Source: an uncultured Thermoplasmata archaeon
GTDB lineage: Archaea > Thermoplasmatota > Thermoplasmata > UBA10834
Assembly (NCBI GenBank): GCA_963705355.1
Contig: OY970070.1
Coordinates: forward strand, 287,741-351,740
Reading direction: 5' to 3'
DNA: 64,000 nt
Part shown: positions 27,020-36,539 of the stretch, one piece after another
Layout: the number at the start of each line of letters is the position of its first letter
Numbering within the stretch: position 1 is the first letter of the stretch
The notes under the pieces: generated by a model
Databases searched by the model: none
The model's input: the letters and a program-made list of their open reading frames with translations, nothing else
Told to the model about the DNA's origin: nothing
Made by a program: the position numbers and the translations under genes

Positions 27020-29323
27020 ATGACATCCACCCAGATGTCTAGCTCCTCCGCTCGCCAGGCAGTCACTGTCACGCTGAGGCGTGACTTGGGGCTTCTCGAC
27101 GTGACCATGATCGGCGTGGGCGCGATGATAGGCACGAGCATATTCGTGCTCATCGGAGTGGTCACTCAGGATGTCGGTGCCGGGATTCTGCTGGTTTTCT
27201 TGTTCAACACCGTTGTGACAATCTTCACGGCGACCACGTACGCGGAATTGGGATCGTCGTTCCCCGAGGCGGGCGGAGGCTACTTGTGGGCCAAGAAAGC
27301 ACTTCCTCATCCGGCGGAATTCATCTCTGGTTGGCTTTCATGGTTCGGCCACACGGTGGCATGCAGTTTCTATTCACTTGGATTCGGCTACGCCGCTGTT
27401 GCGATTGTTGACTATTTGGGCCTCAGCATTCTCGGCCTTTCATCCGCCATTCTTGTGAAACTCTTTGCTGTCATCGCCATGGCGTTCTTCCTTGGGATCA
27501 ACTACATTGGCGTGGGCACGACCGGGAAGACAGGAACCTCTGTCACGATTATCCAGGTCCTGATCATCGTGTTCTTCGTTGCCTTCTCATTGATTAGCGC
27601 ATTCGACACCAAAGGGATTCACGCCTTTGACAACCTGGAGCCGCTTCTGCCAGCCGGAAAGGGCTATGACAGCATCTTCATGTCGATGGGCTTCACGATT
27701 CTTGCCTTTGAAGGATACGAGATCGTGGTCCAATGCGGCGAGGAGGTCAAAAACCCAAAGAAGAATATCCCGCGGGCAATATTCGCCTCAGTCGCCGTGG
27801 CCTCACTGCTCTACATCTTGGTCGCTCTTGCGTGCTTTGTGAAATATCCCGCGATGGACATCGGGAACGAGGGGGAGAAAGCGGTGTTCTTCACAGCTGC
27901 TCATGTCATCCCGATCGCTGGAGCTCCGTTGCTGATATTCGGAGGACTGCTGTCTGCCATGGCCGCTCTGAACGCAACCGTCTTTTCGTCTTCTCGCGTC
28001 AGTTTCGCAATGGGAAGGGACGGGTCGTTGCCAAAAGTATTCGGAAAGATACACTTAGTCCGCAGGATTCCGCACAATGCCATTCTTATCACGGGAGCGA
28101 TCATGTTCGTCATGGCGATGTTCTTTCCGCTGAAGGTCGTCGTGGCGTCCACATCGGTCGTGTTCCTTCTTCTGTTCACGCTCGCGAACCTCGCATCAAT
28201 AAGGTTAATTCCCAGGCTGACAGAAATCGACGTCGGCTTCAGAACGCCGTTCTTCCCCTTGTTTCCAGTCATCGGAGTGATCACGAAGCTCGCCTTGGCC
28301 GTATCGATATGGTGGCTCGTCCCGGAGGCATGGTATGTGGCTCTCGTGTGGATTGCAATTGGTTTTGCCGTGTCCGCGTTTGCGAAGCCTAGAGAAGAAT
28401 ACGAATCGATTGTTGCGCAACGGAGAGTCCCGCCGCGGCCTCTTACGAAGGAGCAGATCGAGCGGTTCAGAGTTTTCCTCGCGCTCGAGGATCTCGGCAA
28501 TCTTAGGCTCATCGAACTTGCGGGCATATTCGCGAGGTACTTCAACGGCGACCTCACTGTCAACAAGATCGTCGAGGTTCCGAGAGCGATGCCGCTGGAA
28601 ACCATCAGCAAGGAGTACATTGATGAAATCTCGATTAGTCTCAAGAAGACAGTCAAGGTTGCCCCCTCCACCGTTGCTGTCAGACCAGTCGTATCGGTTT
28701 CTTATGACGTTGCTGGCTCCATCTTGGATCAGACCAAGCATGAGGCCGCGAACCTATTGGTCCTAGGCTGGAAGGGAACGCGGAGGAGGGGTAAGACGAT
28801 CCTGGGTCGCAACCTCGACAGGGTAGTCCGTGAAGCCCCCTGCGACGTCGTCATAATCAAGACTGCGAGACTGAGCAAGAACATCGAGAATATCCTGTTG
28901 GTCTCTGGAGGTTATTTCGAAACCAGAAAAGCGCTGCTGCTCGCGCTGCCGATCGCCAGGGAGTTCGGTGCAAAGATAGAAATACTCTCGGTTGTGACGG
29001 ACGACAAGCAAGTGGAGCTGATGCGAGGAAACGCGGAGAGATTGGGCCACATGGCCAACAGGGTGAAGGTGGCTAACGAGGTCAAGTACGTGTATTCCAG
29101 ATCCTTCGTGAACGCAGTCCTGGACCGCGTTCAGCATTCTGACATCCTCGTGATGGGTGCGGGCCCGCAGTCAGTCTTTGAGCGCACGTTGTTCGGGGCG
29201 ACATATGACAGAATAATCCGGTCGGTCGATGTTCCGGTTCTGGTCGTGAAAACCGCCCGCGCTGGCAAAGGGGGCACACAGTCGCTGGTTTCCTCGAGGC
29301 CGCCGATACCGGGACTGGACTAG
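27020..29323 (+). CDS. APC-superfamily amino-acid permease fused to two C-terminal universal-stress-protein domains
   Basis: 12-TM APC core (GVGAMIGTSIFVLIG ...) followed by two Usp-like modules (LVLGWKG..., LVSGGYFE...VLVVK). Start moved to ATG 27020. Confidence 0.8.
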   Translation: MTSTQMSSSSARQAVTVTLRRDLGLLDVTMIGVGAMIGTSIFVLIGVVTQDVGAGILLVFLFNTVVTIFTATTYAELGSSFPEAGGGYLWAKKALPHPAEFISGWLSWFGHTVACSFYSLGFGYAAVAIVDYLGLSILGLSSAILVKLFAVIAMAFFLGINYIGVGTTGKTGTSVTIIQVLIIVFFVAFSLISAFDTKGIHAFDNLEPLLPAGKGYDSIFMSMGFTILAFEGYEIVVQCGEEVKNPKKNIPRAIFASVAVASLLYILVALACFVKYPAMDIGNEGEKAVFFTAAHVIPIAGAPLLIFGGLLSAMAALNATVFSSSRVSFAMGRDGSLPKVFGKIHLVRRIPHNAILITGAIMFVMAMFFPLKVVVASTSVVFLLLFTLANLASIRLIPRLTEIDVGFRTPFFPLFPVIGVITKLALAVSIWWLVPEAWYVALVWIAIGFAVSAFAKPREEYESIVAQRRVPPRPLTKEQIERFRVFLALEDLGNLRLIELAGIFARYFNGDLTVNKIVEVPRAMPLETISKEYIDEISISLKKTVKVAPSTVAVRPVVSVSYDVAGSILDQTKHEAANLLVLGWKGTRRRGKTILGRNLDRVVREAPCDVVIIKTARLSKNIENILLVSGGYFETRKALLLALPIAREFGAKIEILSVVTDDKQVELMRGNAERLGHMANRVKVANEVKYVYSRSFVNAVLDRVQHSDILVMGAGPQSVFERTLFGATYDRIIRSVDVPVLVVKTARAGKGGTQSLVSSRPPIPGLD

Positions 29324-29772
29324 ACAGTTCCTCCGAAAAGCTCTTCTAGCGCTCTCCTCGCGGTCTTAGTCATGTCCATTGACCGAGTCTCCTCGCGCGT
29401 CACCCATCTCATCTCCGTGACCTCTACGCTCGGATTCTCGACTCCGCCTATTGGTTTGACCAAGAAATCTGCAAGGACGTAATGGTATCTGATTTTCCCA
29501 GACCCATCCGTGTCTATCATGTCAAAGACGTTGATCAGCTCGAGCACCTCGCCCTTTATCCCAGTCTCCTCCTCCAGCTCTCGGGCGCACGCTTCTGACA
29601 GCTTCTCGCCGAGTTCCACGAGGCCGCCCGGAACGCTCCATTTGCCCGCTCCCGGCTCGAATGCTCTCTTCACCAGCAGAATCTTGCCATTCTTGATTGC
29701 CACGGCTCCCACTCCAACAAGCGGGATTGTCGGATACTCCCGCCTGCGATGCGGATCCTTTTCGTCCGTCAT
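29320..29772 (-). CDS. NUDIX hydrolase
   Basis: Nudix box GGLVELGEKLSEACARELEEETGI. Confidence 0.75.
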   Translation of the reverse strand: MTDEKDPHRRREYPTIPLVGVGAVAIKNGKILLVKRAFEPGAGKWSVPGGLVELGEKLSEACARELEEETGIKGEVLELINVFDMIDTDGSGKIRYHYVLADFLVKPIGGVENPSVEVTEMRWVTREETRSMDMTKTARRALEELFGGTV

Positions 29773-30902
29773 GTCTGTCGCCCCTTCCTTCTCACTATGT
29801 AGATGTACATCGTCGCTGCAACCGTAACAGCAATCGCCATGCCAGCCAGAACAATCGCTGTCTCATTCCCGCGCACCGGACTAGTCATGTCCAGGAGCGT
29901 CGCGGCAAGACCTTTGGTGACTGAGACAATCTGTCCTTCGGAGAGCTTGTCGAGCGTGTCGTTAGAGGAATGATAGTACGGATTGAACTGGTACAGGTTA
30001 TCCGACGGATTGGATTCGATGACGAGCGCCGCTGGGTAGCCATCCGCCCAGAATCTAGCATGATCGCTGTATGTTGTGGAGGGGTCGACCGTGACGTTGA
30101 CTGCCAGCTGGATGTCGTAGGTTTGAACTGATTCCCGCACGCGAGTCCCGAGGGCAGCAGAGTTGCCGTTGACGACGACAACGGTGTGATTCCCGTATCC
30201 CCCTTCGTATCCGATCATGTCAAGAATCCAGCAGCCGGCATATGCAGCGCCTGCGGCTTTCTCCGACTGGACAAACGCGAGGCTGCCTGCAAGGCCCCCT
30301 GAGAAGTCGTATCCATACTCTTCCGCACCAAAAGCGACGAACTTCACTGTGTTCTTCAAGCTGAATCTGGACAATATCCTTGCCAGTTCAAGGACGGATG
30401 CCACTCCTGATGCGTCATCATCCGCCCCTGGAGCGGCGAGCCTTTGACCGTCCGAGAGGTTCCTCGCGTCTCTGTTCTCGCTGTCATAGTGCGCCCCGAA
30501 GAGAAACTGCGACGACGATTCAGATGTACCTGGCATTGTCGCAACAACGTTTCTAACTGTATGAGTGCCCACTGTGAATTCCTGATACGCCACGCTGATG
30601 TTCAACTCTTCGAACTGTTCGAATATGTAGGACGCGGCATCTTGAGATGTGTTGAGATAGAATGCTCTGGAACCGAAGTCTTGAAGATCTTCAATTGTTT
30701 GCATAATCCTCTCGCCAGATACGCAGTTGATGGTCTCCGATATTCGGGGAACGTCTGCGCGCGCCTCCGTCTCGAAGGAAATCGTCGAGAAGATCAGTGC
30801 TGATGCGAGGATCGTCATCGAAAACGATCGGGACAGCAGCGAGTCTAACCTACGTGCGGAAGCAATGCCAAGGAGTCCTGCCAGGGGTCTCGATAAACGC
30901 AT
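29769..30902 (-). CDS. M28-family zinc aminopeptidase, secreted with a C-terminal membrane anchor
   Basis: M28 metal-ligand blocks (FLFGAHYDS, DDASGVA, FGAEEYGY, HSSND). N-terminal signal sequence and a C-terminal hydrophobic segment. Confidence 0.75.
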   Translation of the reverse strand: MRLSRPLAGLLGIASARRLDSLLSRSFSMTILASALIFSTISFETEARADVPRISETINCVSGERIMQTIEDLQDFGSRAFYLNTSQDAASYIFEQFEELNISVAYQEFTVGTHTVRNVVATMPGTSESSSQFLFGAHYDSENRDARNLSDGQRLAAPGADDDASGVASVLELARILSRFSLKNTVKFVAFGAEEYGYDFSGGLAGSLAFVQSEKAAGAAYAGCWILDMIGYEGGYGNHTVVVVNGNSAALGTRVRESVQTYDIQLAVNVTVDPSTTYSDHARFWADGYPAALVIESNPSDNLYQFNPYYHSSNDTLDKLSEGQIVSVTKGLAATLLDMTSPVRGNETAIVLAGMAIAVTVAATMYIYIVRRKGRQT

Positions 30903-30927
30903 AGTCGTGCCCGGATTAGTAGCGAAT

Positions 30928-30936
30928 CATATAAAG
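30928..30936. promoter_or_regulatory. Near-palindromic TATA element CATATAAAG / CTTTATATG between divergent genes (M28 peptidase start 30902; SprT-like GTG 30958)
   Basis: Each start codon lies ~26-30 nt from the box on its own strand, consistent with bidirectional leaderless promoters. Confidence 0.35.
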
Positions 30937-30957
30937 AGATTCGGCCATACAATCTGC

Positions 30958-31632
30958 GTGTGTCTGAGAGATGCTTTCGCCTCGGTCAGCCGGCGTCTGG
31001 AATTGGCCGATGTCGGAGCCGAGTTCTTTCCATATTCGGAATTGAAGCACACCTGGAAGAGCAATGGCGGCGCGCTCAGCTTCAAGATAAGCGACTATAT
31101 GATGGATGCGCCGGAGGAGGTGCTGGAATCACTCGCTTGGTATCTACTGTGCCGAGCCACGGGACGAGAACGTCCAAAAATAAGGGCTACCCGATATCTC
31201 AATTACGCTCGCTCGGGAGAACTCTGGGAACCGAAGAAGGATCTCTACATGCGCAGGTCGAGAAGCTTGACGTTTGTGCCTCGAGGCGCTGCAAGAGATC
31301 TTCGTGAGGTGTTCGACTATGTCAACTCATTCTATTTCTCCGGTAAGATCCAAAATCCAATTCTAGCATGGGCATCGGAATCCCCTCGTCGACGCCTCGG
31401 GTTCTACCTCGCCCCTTTGAACCTTCTCGCGGCAAACAGGGTCATGGATTCTGAGCGCGTTCCGCGATACGTGCTCGAGTTCGTCGTTTTTCACGAGCTT
31501 CTGCACCACGTCAACGCAGGCGATGGCCGTGGAATCAGGCGAGTTCATCACGATGCCGAGTTCCGGAACCAGGAGAGGACCTTTTCGCACTATGACGATG
31601 CGGAGCGCTGGCTCAGGAAGCTTGTAAGATAA
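30958..31632 (+). CDS. HExxH zinc-metallopeptidase-like protein (SprT/DUF45-like)
   Basis: C-terminal FVVFHELLHHV motif. Track ORF 30727..31632 overlaps the M28 gene; the start is reassigned to in-frame GTG 30958 just after the TATA element. Confidence 0.4.
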   Translation: MCLRDAFASVSRRLELADVGAEFFPYSELKHTWKSNGGALSFKISDYMMDAPEEVLESLAWYLLCRATGRERPKIRATRYLNYARSGELWEPKKDLYMRRSRSLTFVPRGAARDLREVFDYVNSFYFSGKIQNPILAWASESPRRRLGFYLAPLNLLAANRVMDSERVPRYVLEFVVFHELLHHVNAGDGRGIRRVHHDAEFRNQERTFSHYDDAERWLRKLVR

Positions 31633-31958
31633 AGAAGGCCGCTAAAGACCTGAGCGGATTGTCCCCCAGGTGTAACAGCGCGGTTCATCGCTTGCCAAAG
31701 CAGTCTCGCCGCCCTGACCCTCCTGGGGGTTGTTGTTGTGCGTCGCGTTGTCCCCTACACACGCTCCGGTGTCACACCGATGATTCGTAGAGGGACCCAT
31801 GATCGGCGCACTGTTGCCTGGTGTCGGAACACTGCATCACGTGGATCAGCAGCATATTCTTCCAGGCGTGGAATCCTAGTACCTATCTTCGATATATTCT
31901 TTTCCAGCGATATCGAACAACGTCTGTCAGTTAACTCACTCCCAGACCGTGAAGGTTA

Positions 31959-33152
31959 ATGTACTCCAAAGTATTTCCAAAGTCCAGAGCATCAACAGTG
32001 GGTCAGGTCCTGGACATGTTAGCTGATGATATCGACCGAATAGTCGAGGAATCCGCTCTGAAGCTCCTTCAGATATCTTCCGCGCCAGTGCGGTATTTCC
32101 TTCTGACTGACGTCATGGCAAAGGACGTTGACGATCTTCTGGTCCAAAGGGCCGTCAAGGAGTGTGAGAGCTACCCGCCAAGGCTGAAGTTGCTTCAAAC
32201 CCTCAGACCAGACGGAACCTGGCCGATACCCAAGTTACGCAAGGCGACTGAGGATGCTGGACCTGGACCTCCTTGTGGTTGGACTTATGTCACGATGCTG
32301 AGGAATCTGAATTTCCTCAGCGACAATCTGACATCGAGAGAGGAGGGTCATGTTGAGGCGGCTCTTGACCGACTCCTGACCTGGCAGACTGAAGAAGGGT
32401 ACATCCCTGGCCCTTGGAACATGCCGTTCGCGCTCCCTCAATACAATGGGTTTGCCCTTCGAGCCTTTCTTCACTTCGGAATGGAGAAGGATCCGCGTGT
32501 GCAGAAGCTCATTCGTTGGCTGCTCAGCGTCCAACGACCAGACGGAGGATGGATAGTGCCGTATTTGGAGGACATGAAGCAACTCCCGGATTTCAAATAC
32601 CTTAGGCAGTCGGACTTCGTTGATCTCGTCAACCGAGGTAAGATCTGCGAGTACGATCCCGCGCAGTTCTATGATGTGCCGAGTTGTCAGTGGACCACGA
32701 TGATGGTTGTGAGAGGGTTGTGCGGGAGCTACAAGCTCTCGGGCACGAAAGCGGCGTTGAGAGGGGCCGAATTCTTTCTGAACAGGTTCTTCAAGAAAAA
32801 CTATCATACTCTTTTCTACTATTCTGAGAAGAACTGGACCAGACTTAAGTACCCGACCTACTTCGGAAGCGGCCTGTGTGCTCTGGATATCCTGACTTGG
32901 ATGGGGTTCGGAGCCGACGACAAGCGCATGGAAAGGCCGATCAGATGGCTCCTTGGAGCGCGGGCTACGGACGGTTTCTGGAATCAGTCGGAGCGGCCGC
33001 ACCCCGACAAAGACCAATGGATAACGGAGATCGCGCTTAGCATACTGAACCGCTATTCTGAATCGCTCAAGAGGGTCCCGTTCGGGCGCGAGGCACAGCT
33101 CAAGGGCCTGAGGCCCGTGTGGCCAAGATTCCCCTCCGGTGCCAGGCGATAA
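31959..33152 (+). CDS. Prenyltransferase / squalene-oxidase-repeat (alpha/alpha-toroid) protein
   Basis: Repeats such as QRPDGGW and ARATDGFW, spaced as in terpenoid-cyclase/prenyltransferase beta-subunit repeats. Confidence 0.45.
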   Translation: MYSKVFPKSRASTVGQVLDMLADDIDRIVEESALKLLQISSAPVRYFLLTDVMAKDVDDLLVQRAVKECESYPPRLKLLQTLRPDGTWPIPKLRKATEDAGPGPPCGWTYVTMLRNLNFLSDNLTSREEGHVEAALDRLLTWQTEEGYIPGPWNMPFALPQYNGFALRAFLHFGMEKDPRVQKLIRWLLSVQRPDGGWIVPYLEDMKQLPDFKYLRQSDFVDLVNRGKICEYDPAQFYDVPSCQWTTMMVVRGLCGSYKLSGTKAALRGAEFFLNRFFKKNYHTLFYYSEKNWTRLKYPTYFGSGLCALDILTWMGFGADDKRMERPIRWLLGARATDGFWNQSERPHPDKDQWITEIALSILNRYSESLKRVPFGREAQLKGLRPVWPRFPSGARR

Positions 33153-33187
33153 CTGGCTCTTTCTGCACTATCTGGCCTTGGGCAATT

Positions 33188-33197
33188 CTTTTTATAG
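33188..33197 (+). promoter_or_regulatory. TATA box (CTTTTTATAG) 24 nt upstream of ATG 33220
   Basis: AT-rich box at leaderless spacing. Confidence 0.4.
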
Positions 33198-33219
33198 CCA
33201 CAATCCATCTATAAATCCG

Positions 33220-34119
33220 ATGGCCGGGCTGATCGGCTGCTCTGGCTGGTCGTACGACGATTGGGTGGGAAGGTTCTATCCAAGCGACCTTGCGAGGAAG
33301 AAAGGTGAGTGGTTATCATACTACTCCAGATTCTTCTCGACGGTCGAGATCAATTCCACGTTCTATCGCGTTCCGAACGATTACATGGTCAGGTCCTGGA
33401 TAGAGCGCGGGAAGCAGAAACCCGGCTTCGAGTTCTCCGTGAAGCTCCCCCAGATTGTCACGCACGAATCCATACTGAAGGCTGATGGCGAAAAGGCTGC
33501 TGCGCAGGCATCCAGTTTCGAGAGTATTTGTGTGAGGCCCCTCGCGGAGGCTGGATTGCTGGGCGGGGTCCTTGTGCAGCTCACGCCCTACTTCCGTCTC
33601 GAAGGAAATGAGAGTCTGGGTAAGCTCAGGGCGCTGCTGGATGTGTTGGACACCGACGCGCACGACTACGCTGTCGAATTCAGGCACAGGAGCTGGCTCA
33701 ACGAGAGAGGAAACGAGCTTGCTGCCGACGCCCTCGAGACGCTTCAGGAATTCGGCGTGGCCAACGTGATTGTCGACGGACCTGGTTTTCCTGTGACCAG
33801 GTCGCTCACGGCCAAGCACGCATATGTCAGGTTTCACGGCAGGAACTACGATATCTGGTTCAAGGACGAGAAAGAGGATGACTACCGAATAAACCGGTAC
33901 GATTTCCTCTACACGCATGAGCAGCTCGAACCCTGGCGGCCGAGGCTGCAGGAGATCATATCTAACTGCAGGGTGGCGAGGATATACTTCAACAACCACG
34001 GACGTGCCAAGGCGGTCAAAGACGCATTCATGATGATGGACCTGCTTGGCGTTCCTCATGAGGAGAAGGACATCGACATCCAGGACCAGATGACCCTCGG
34101 CAAGTTCGGCGCGCCCTAG
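33220..34119 (+). CDS. DUF72 (UPF0759) family protein
   Basis: N-terminus MAGLIGCSGWSYDDWVGRFYP is the family signature. Start moved from 33139 to ATG 33220. Confidence 0.7.
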   Translation: MAGLIGCSGWSYDDWVGRFYPSDLARKKGEWLSYYSRFFSTVEINSTFYRVPNDYMVRSWIERGKQKPGFEFSVKLPQIVTHESILKADGEKAAAQASSFESICVRPLAEAGLLGGVLVQLTPYFRLEGNESLGKLRALLDVLDTDAHDYAVEFRHRSWLNERGNELAADALETLQEFGVANVIVDGPGFPVTRSLTAKHAYVRFHGRNYDIWFKDEKEDDYRINRYDFLYTHEQLEPWRPRLQEIISNCRVARIYFNNHGRAKAVKDAFMMMDLLGVPHEEKDIDIQDQMTLGKFGAP

Positions 34120-36539
34120 CTGGCCAACTCCGCCTTGCTCGTGCCGTCTTCCTGCTCTTCCACTCTGATTATGTAGTTCATCGTGTCCTTGATGTCCTCG
34201 ATGTGAGTGATCAAGAATATCTGTCTGAATTGGGTCGACAGGCGTGACAGCGCCGTCATGACGCTTCTCTTCCTGTTGAGATCCTGAGAGCCGAATATCT
34301 CGTCCAGTATGAGGAAATTGATCGGAGTCGCTCCAGTCCTGTCCGCGATGATCCTCGAGATGGCGAGGCGCAGGCTCAGGTTCGCCAGATCCGATTCGCC
34401 TCCTGAGAAGCGGTCTATCGGGTATGAAGTGCCCTGGTCATCTATCTGCATCTCGTAGTTCTCGTCCAGCTCGACGTTCGCATACCTTCCCTCGGTCATC
34501 GACTCCAGCCCCTTGGAAGTGAGCTCTGACAGGACAGGTGCGATCCGGCCGATCAGATGGTCCTTGAAGTTGATTACGACATCCTCGAGCAGCGCCAAAT
34601 CCTCCGCTTTCTTCCTGTCCTTCTCGATGGCCTTCTTGACGCGGGCTATCCCCTCGATCTCTTGTCGGGCTCGAGCGAGCTCGGAGTCCGCCTTCTCCTT
34701 AATGCTGCCGAGCTTTCGCAGAGCGTCCTTGGCGGAGTTGAGTATGGCAGTTTTTTCATCAAGCTCAGCTAATGTCGATTCGTATAAGCTCTTCTTTGGT
34801 CCAAGAGCCTCAACCATCCCTCGATATTGTCCCTCCTCTACCGTTCCATTCTTTATCGCCGCCCGCACGTCCTCGATCTCGCGGGCATAATGATCCGACT
34901 GCGCCTTGAGGCTCTTCAGCTCAAGATATGTCTCGTGCGCGGCCTTGAGTCTTTCGTGCTCAACGATGACCATCTCGTAGTCCTTGTCGGTGAACCTGAC
35001 CTCGCCGAGTTCGAATCGGCTCTTCTTGCGGTCCGATAGTCTAGTCCTCACCTTGGCCAGTTCGAGTTCTTTCTCCTTGGTGGAAGCCTCCATCTGCCTC
35101 ATCTTCATGAGTTGCTGGTCAAGGTTCGCCTTCTTCCTCTTCAGCGCATCCTCTTTGCTCGTGAGAGTCCTGAGCTCGGAATCAAGCTTGTCGATGTCGG
35201 CCTGCGCCCCTCTGGCCATCTTATCTGCATCCGCAGAGCTATCGGTGAGTTTCTTCAGAAGAAGCCCGTATGAGTCGTCGAGCTTGCGCTCGCAAGTTGG
35301 GCAGACGCCATCCCTTCCCGCGGTCTTGATCTCTTCCAGCTTCCTCCGGTCCTTTGTCGCCGCATCTTTTCTGTCCGATACGACCGACTTGAGCTCTCCC
35401 ACGCGCAAGTTGATCTCGGTCCTTCTTGCCTGGCATTCGGCATTCGCCTTCTCCACATCGCCTATCTTCGTCACGATGTCCGCCGCGTCCTCTGCGCTCG
35501 CTCTGAGCCTCGCAAGCTCGTCCTGTCTCCGAGATTCCTCGGCCTCATCGGTGGCGATCTCCTGCTGAATCATCTTCATCCTCTCGTTTCTGGACTTCTC
35601 TTTCTCGAAGTCTTCCTTCCTCTTCGAGACGAGCTTCCACGCCTCCTCGTCCTTCTCTGCTGACGGCAATTTCTTGAGTCTGGCGTTGGCTTCCGCCAGC
35701 TTTGTTGCCGTGATCCTTTCCCTGCTTCGCATCTCTGCAAGTGCCGATTGCTTGGCCTTCAGGTCCCCGAATGCGGAATTGTACGCATCCACATCCTTCT
35801 TCAGCTCGTCTCTCCTCTTGCGGGCCAAGTCCGCGGCCGTAGCGGCTTCTCTTTCCTGCTGTTCCGCGACGGCGAGCTCTGTTGACGCTTTCTCGAGCGT
35901 TGCGGTCAGTCCAGGCATCTTTTCATCAAGCACTTTCTCGCGCTCTCTGCCATCCTCGGTGAGAAGGGTTTTCTGTGCGCCCTCGATTCTGGAGAGCGAA
36001 TCCTTGCGGTCCGCTCTTATCTCAGTCAGGACCGAATCCACGCCGTCTATCCTCAGCATTCTCAGGACGACCTTCTTTCTCTCTCCCGCGGCGACGTTCT
36101 GGAGCGCGTTGAGCTCTTTCTGTCTGGCGAACACCGATGTGAAGAACGATTTGTGATCCATCCCCAGCAGTCTCTCGACCATCTTCCTAACTGGCTTGTC
36201 GCCCTCTGCGAGCACCTTGTCCTTTGTCCTCAACTCCGCGCGCATGGAGAGGCTCCTTCCTCCCATCTCCCGCTCGATCTTGTACTCCGTTCCCCCGAGC
36301 TCGAATTCAAGGATGGCAGTGCAGGTCTCGCCGGCTCCGGAGCCAGCTCTCCTGATTCCCTCTCTGGAGGTCCGCACAACCTCATCGACATTCCCGAACA
36401 ACGCCCAGGCGATCCCTTCTATGACGGTGGTTTTCCCGACGCCGTTGAGACCGAGTATTCCCACTATTCCGTCGGGAAACTGGAGCTCGAGCTCCTTGAA
36501 TCGTCTGTAGTTCTTGAGCTTGAGATAGGAGATCCTCAT
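34116..36539 (-). CDS. rad50: DNA double-strand-break repair ATPase Rad50
   Basis: Walker A GLNGVGKTT, long coiled coils, zinc-hook CPTCERKL, signature/Walker B ...LILDEIFGSQD, D-loop. Confidence 0.9.
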   Translation of the reverse strand: MRISYLKLKNYRRFKELELQFPDGIVGILGLNGVGKTTVIEGIAWALFGNVDEVVRTSREGIRRAGSGAGETCTAILEFELGGTEYKIEREMGGRSLSMRAELRTKDKVLAEGDKPVRKMVERLLGMDHKSFFTSVFARQKELNALQNVAAGERKKVVLRMLRIDGVDSVLTEIRADRKDSLSRIEGAQKTLLTEDGREREKVLDEKMPGLTATLEKASTELAVAEQQEREAATAADLARKRRDELKKDVDAYNSAFGDLKAKQSALAEMRSRERITATKLAEANARLKKLPSAEKDEEAWKLVSKRKEDFEKEKSRNERMKMIQQEIATDEAEESRRQDELARLRASAEDAADIVTKIGDVEKANAECQARRTEINLRVGELKSVVSDRKDAATKDRRKLEEIKTAGRDGVCPTCERKLDDSYGLLLKKLTDSSADADKMARGAQADIDKLDSELRTLTSKEDALKRKKANLDQQLMKMRQMEASTKEKELELAKVRTRLSDRKKSRFELGEVRFTDKDYEMVIVEHERLKAAHETYLELKSLKAQSDHYAREIEDVRAAIKNGTVEEGQYRGMVEALGPKKSLYESTLAELDEKTAILNSAKDALRKLGSIKEKADSELARARQEIEGIARVKKAIEKDRKKAEDLALLEDVVINFKDHLIGRIAPVLSELTSKGLESMTEGRYANVELDENYEMQIDDQGTSYPIDRFSGGESDLANLSLRLAISRIIADRTGATPINFLILDEIFGSQDLNRKRSVMTALSRLSTQFRQIFLITHIEDIKDTMNYIIRVEEQEDGTSKAELAS

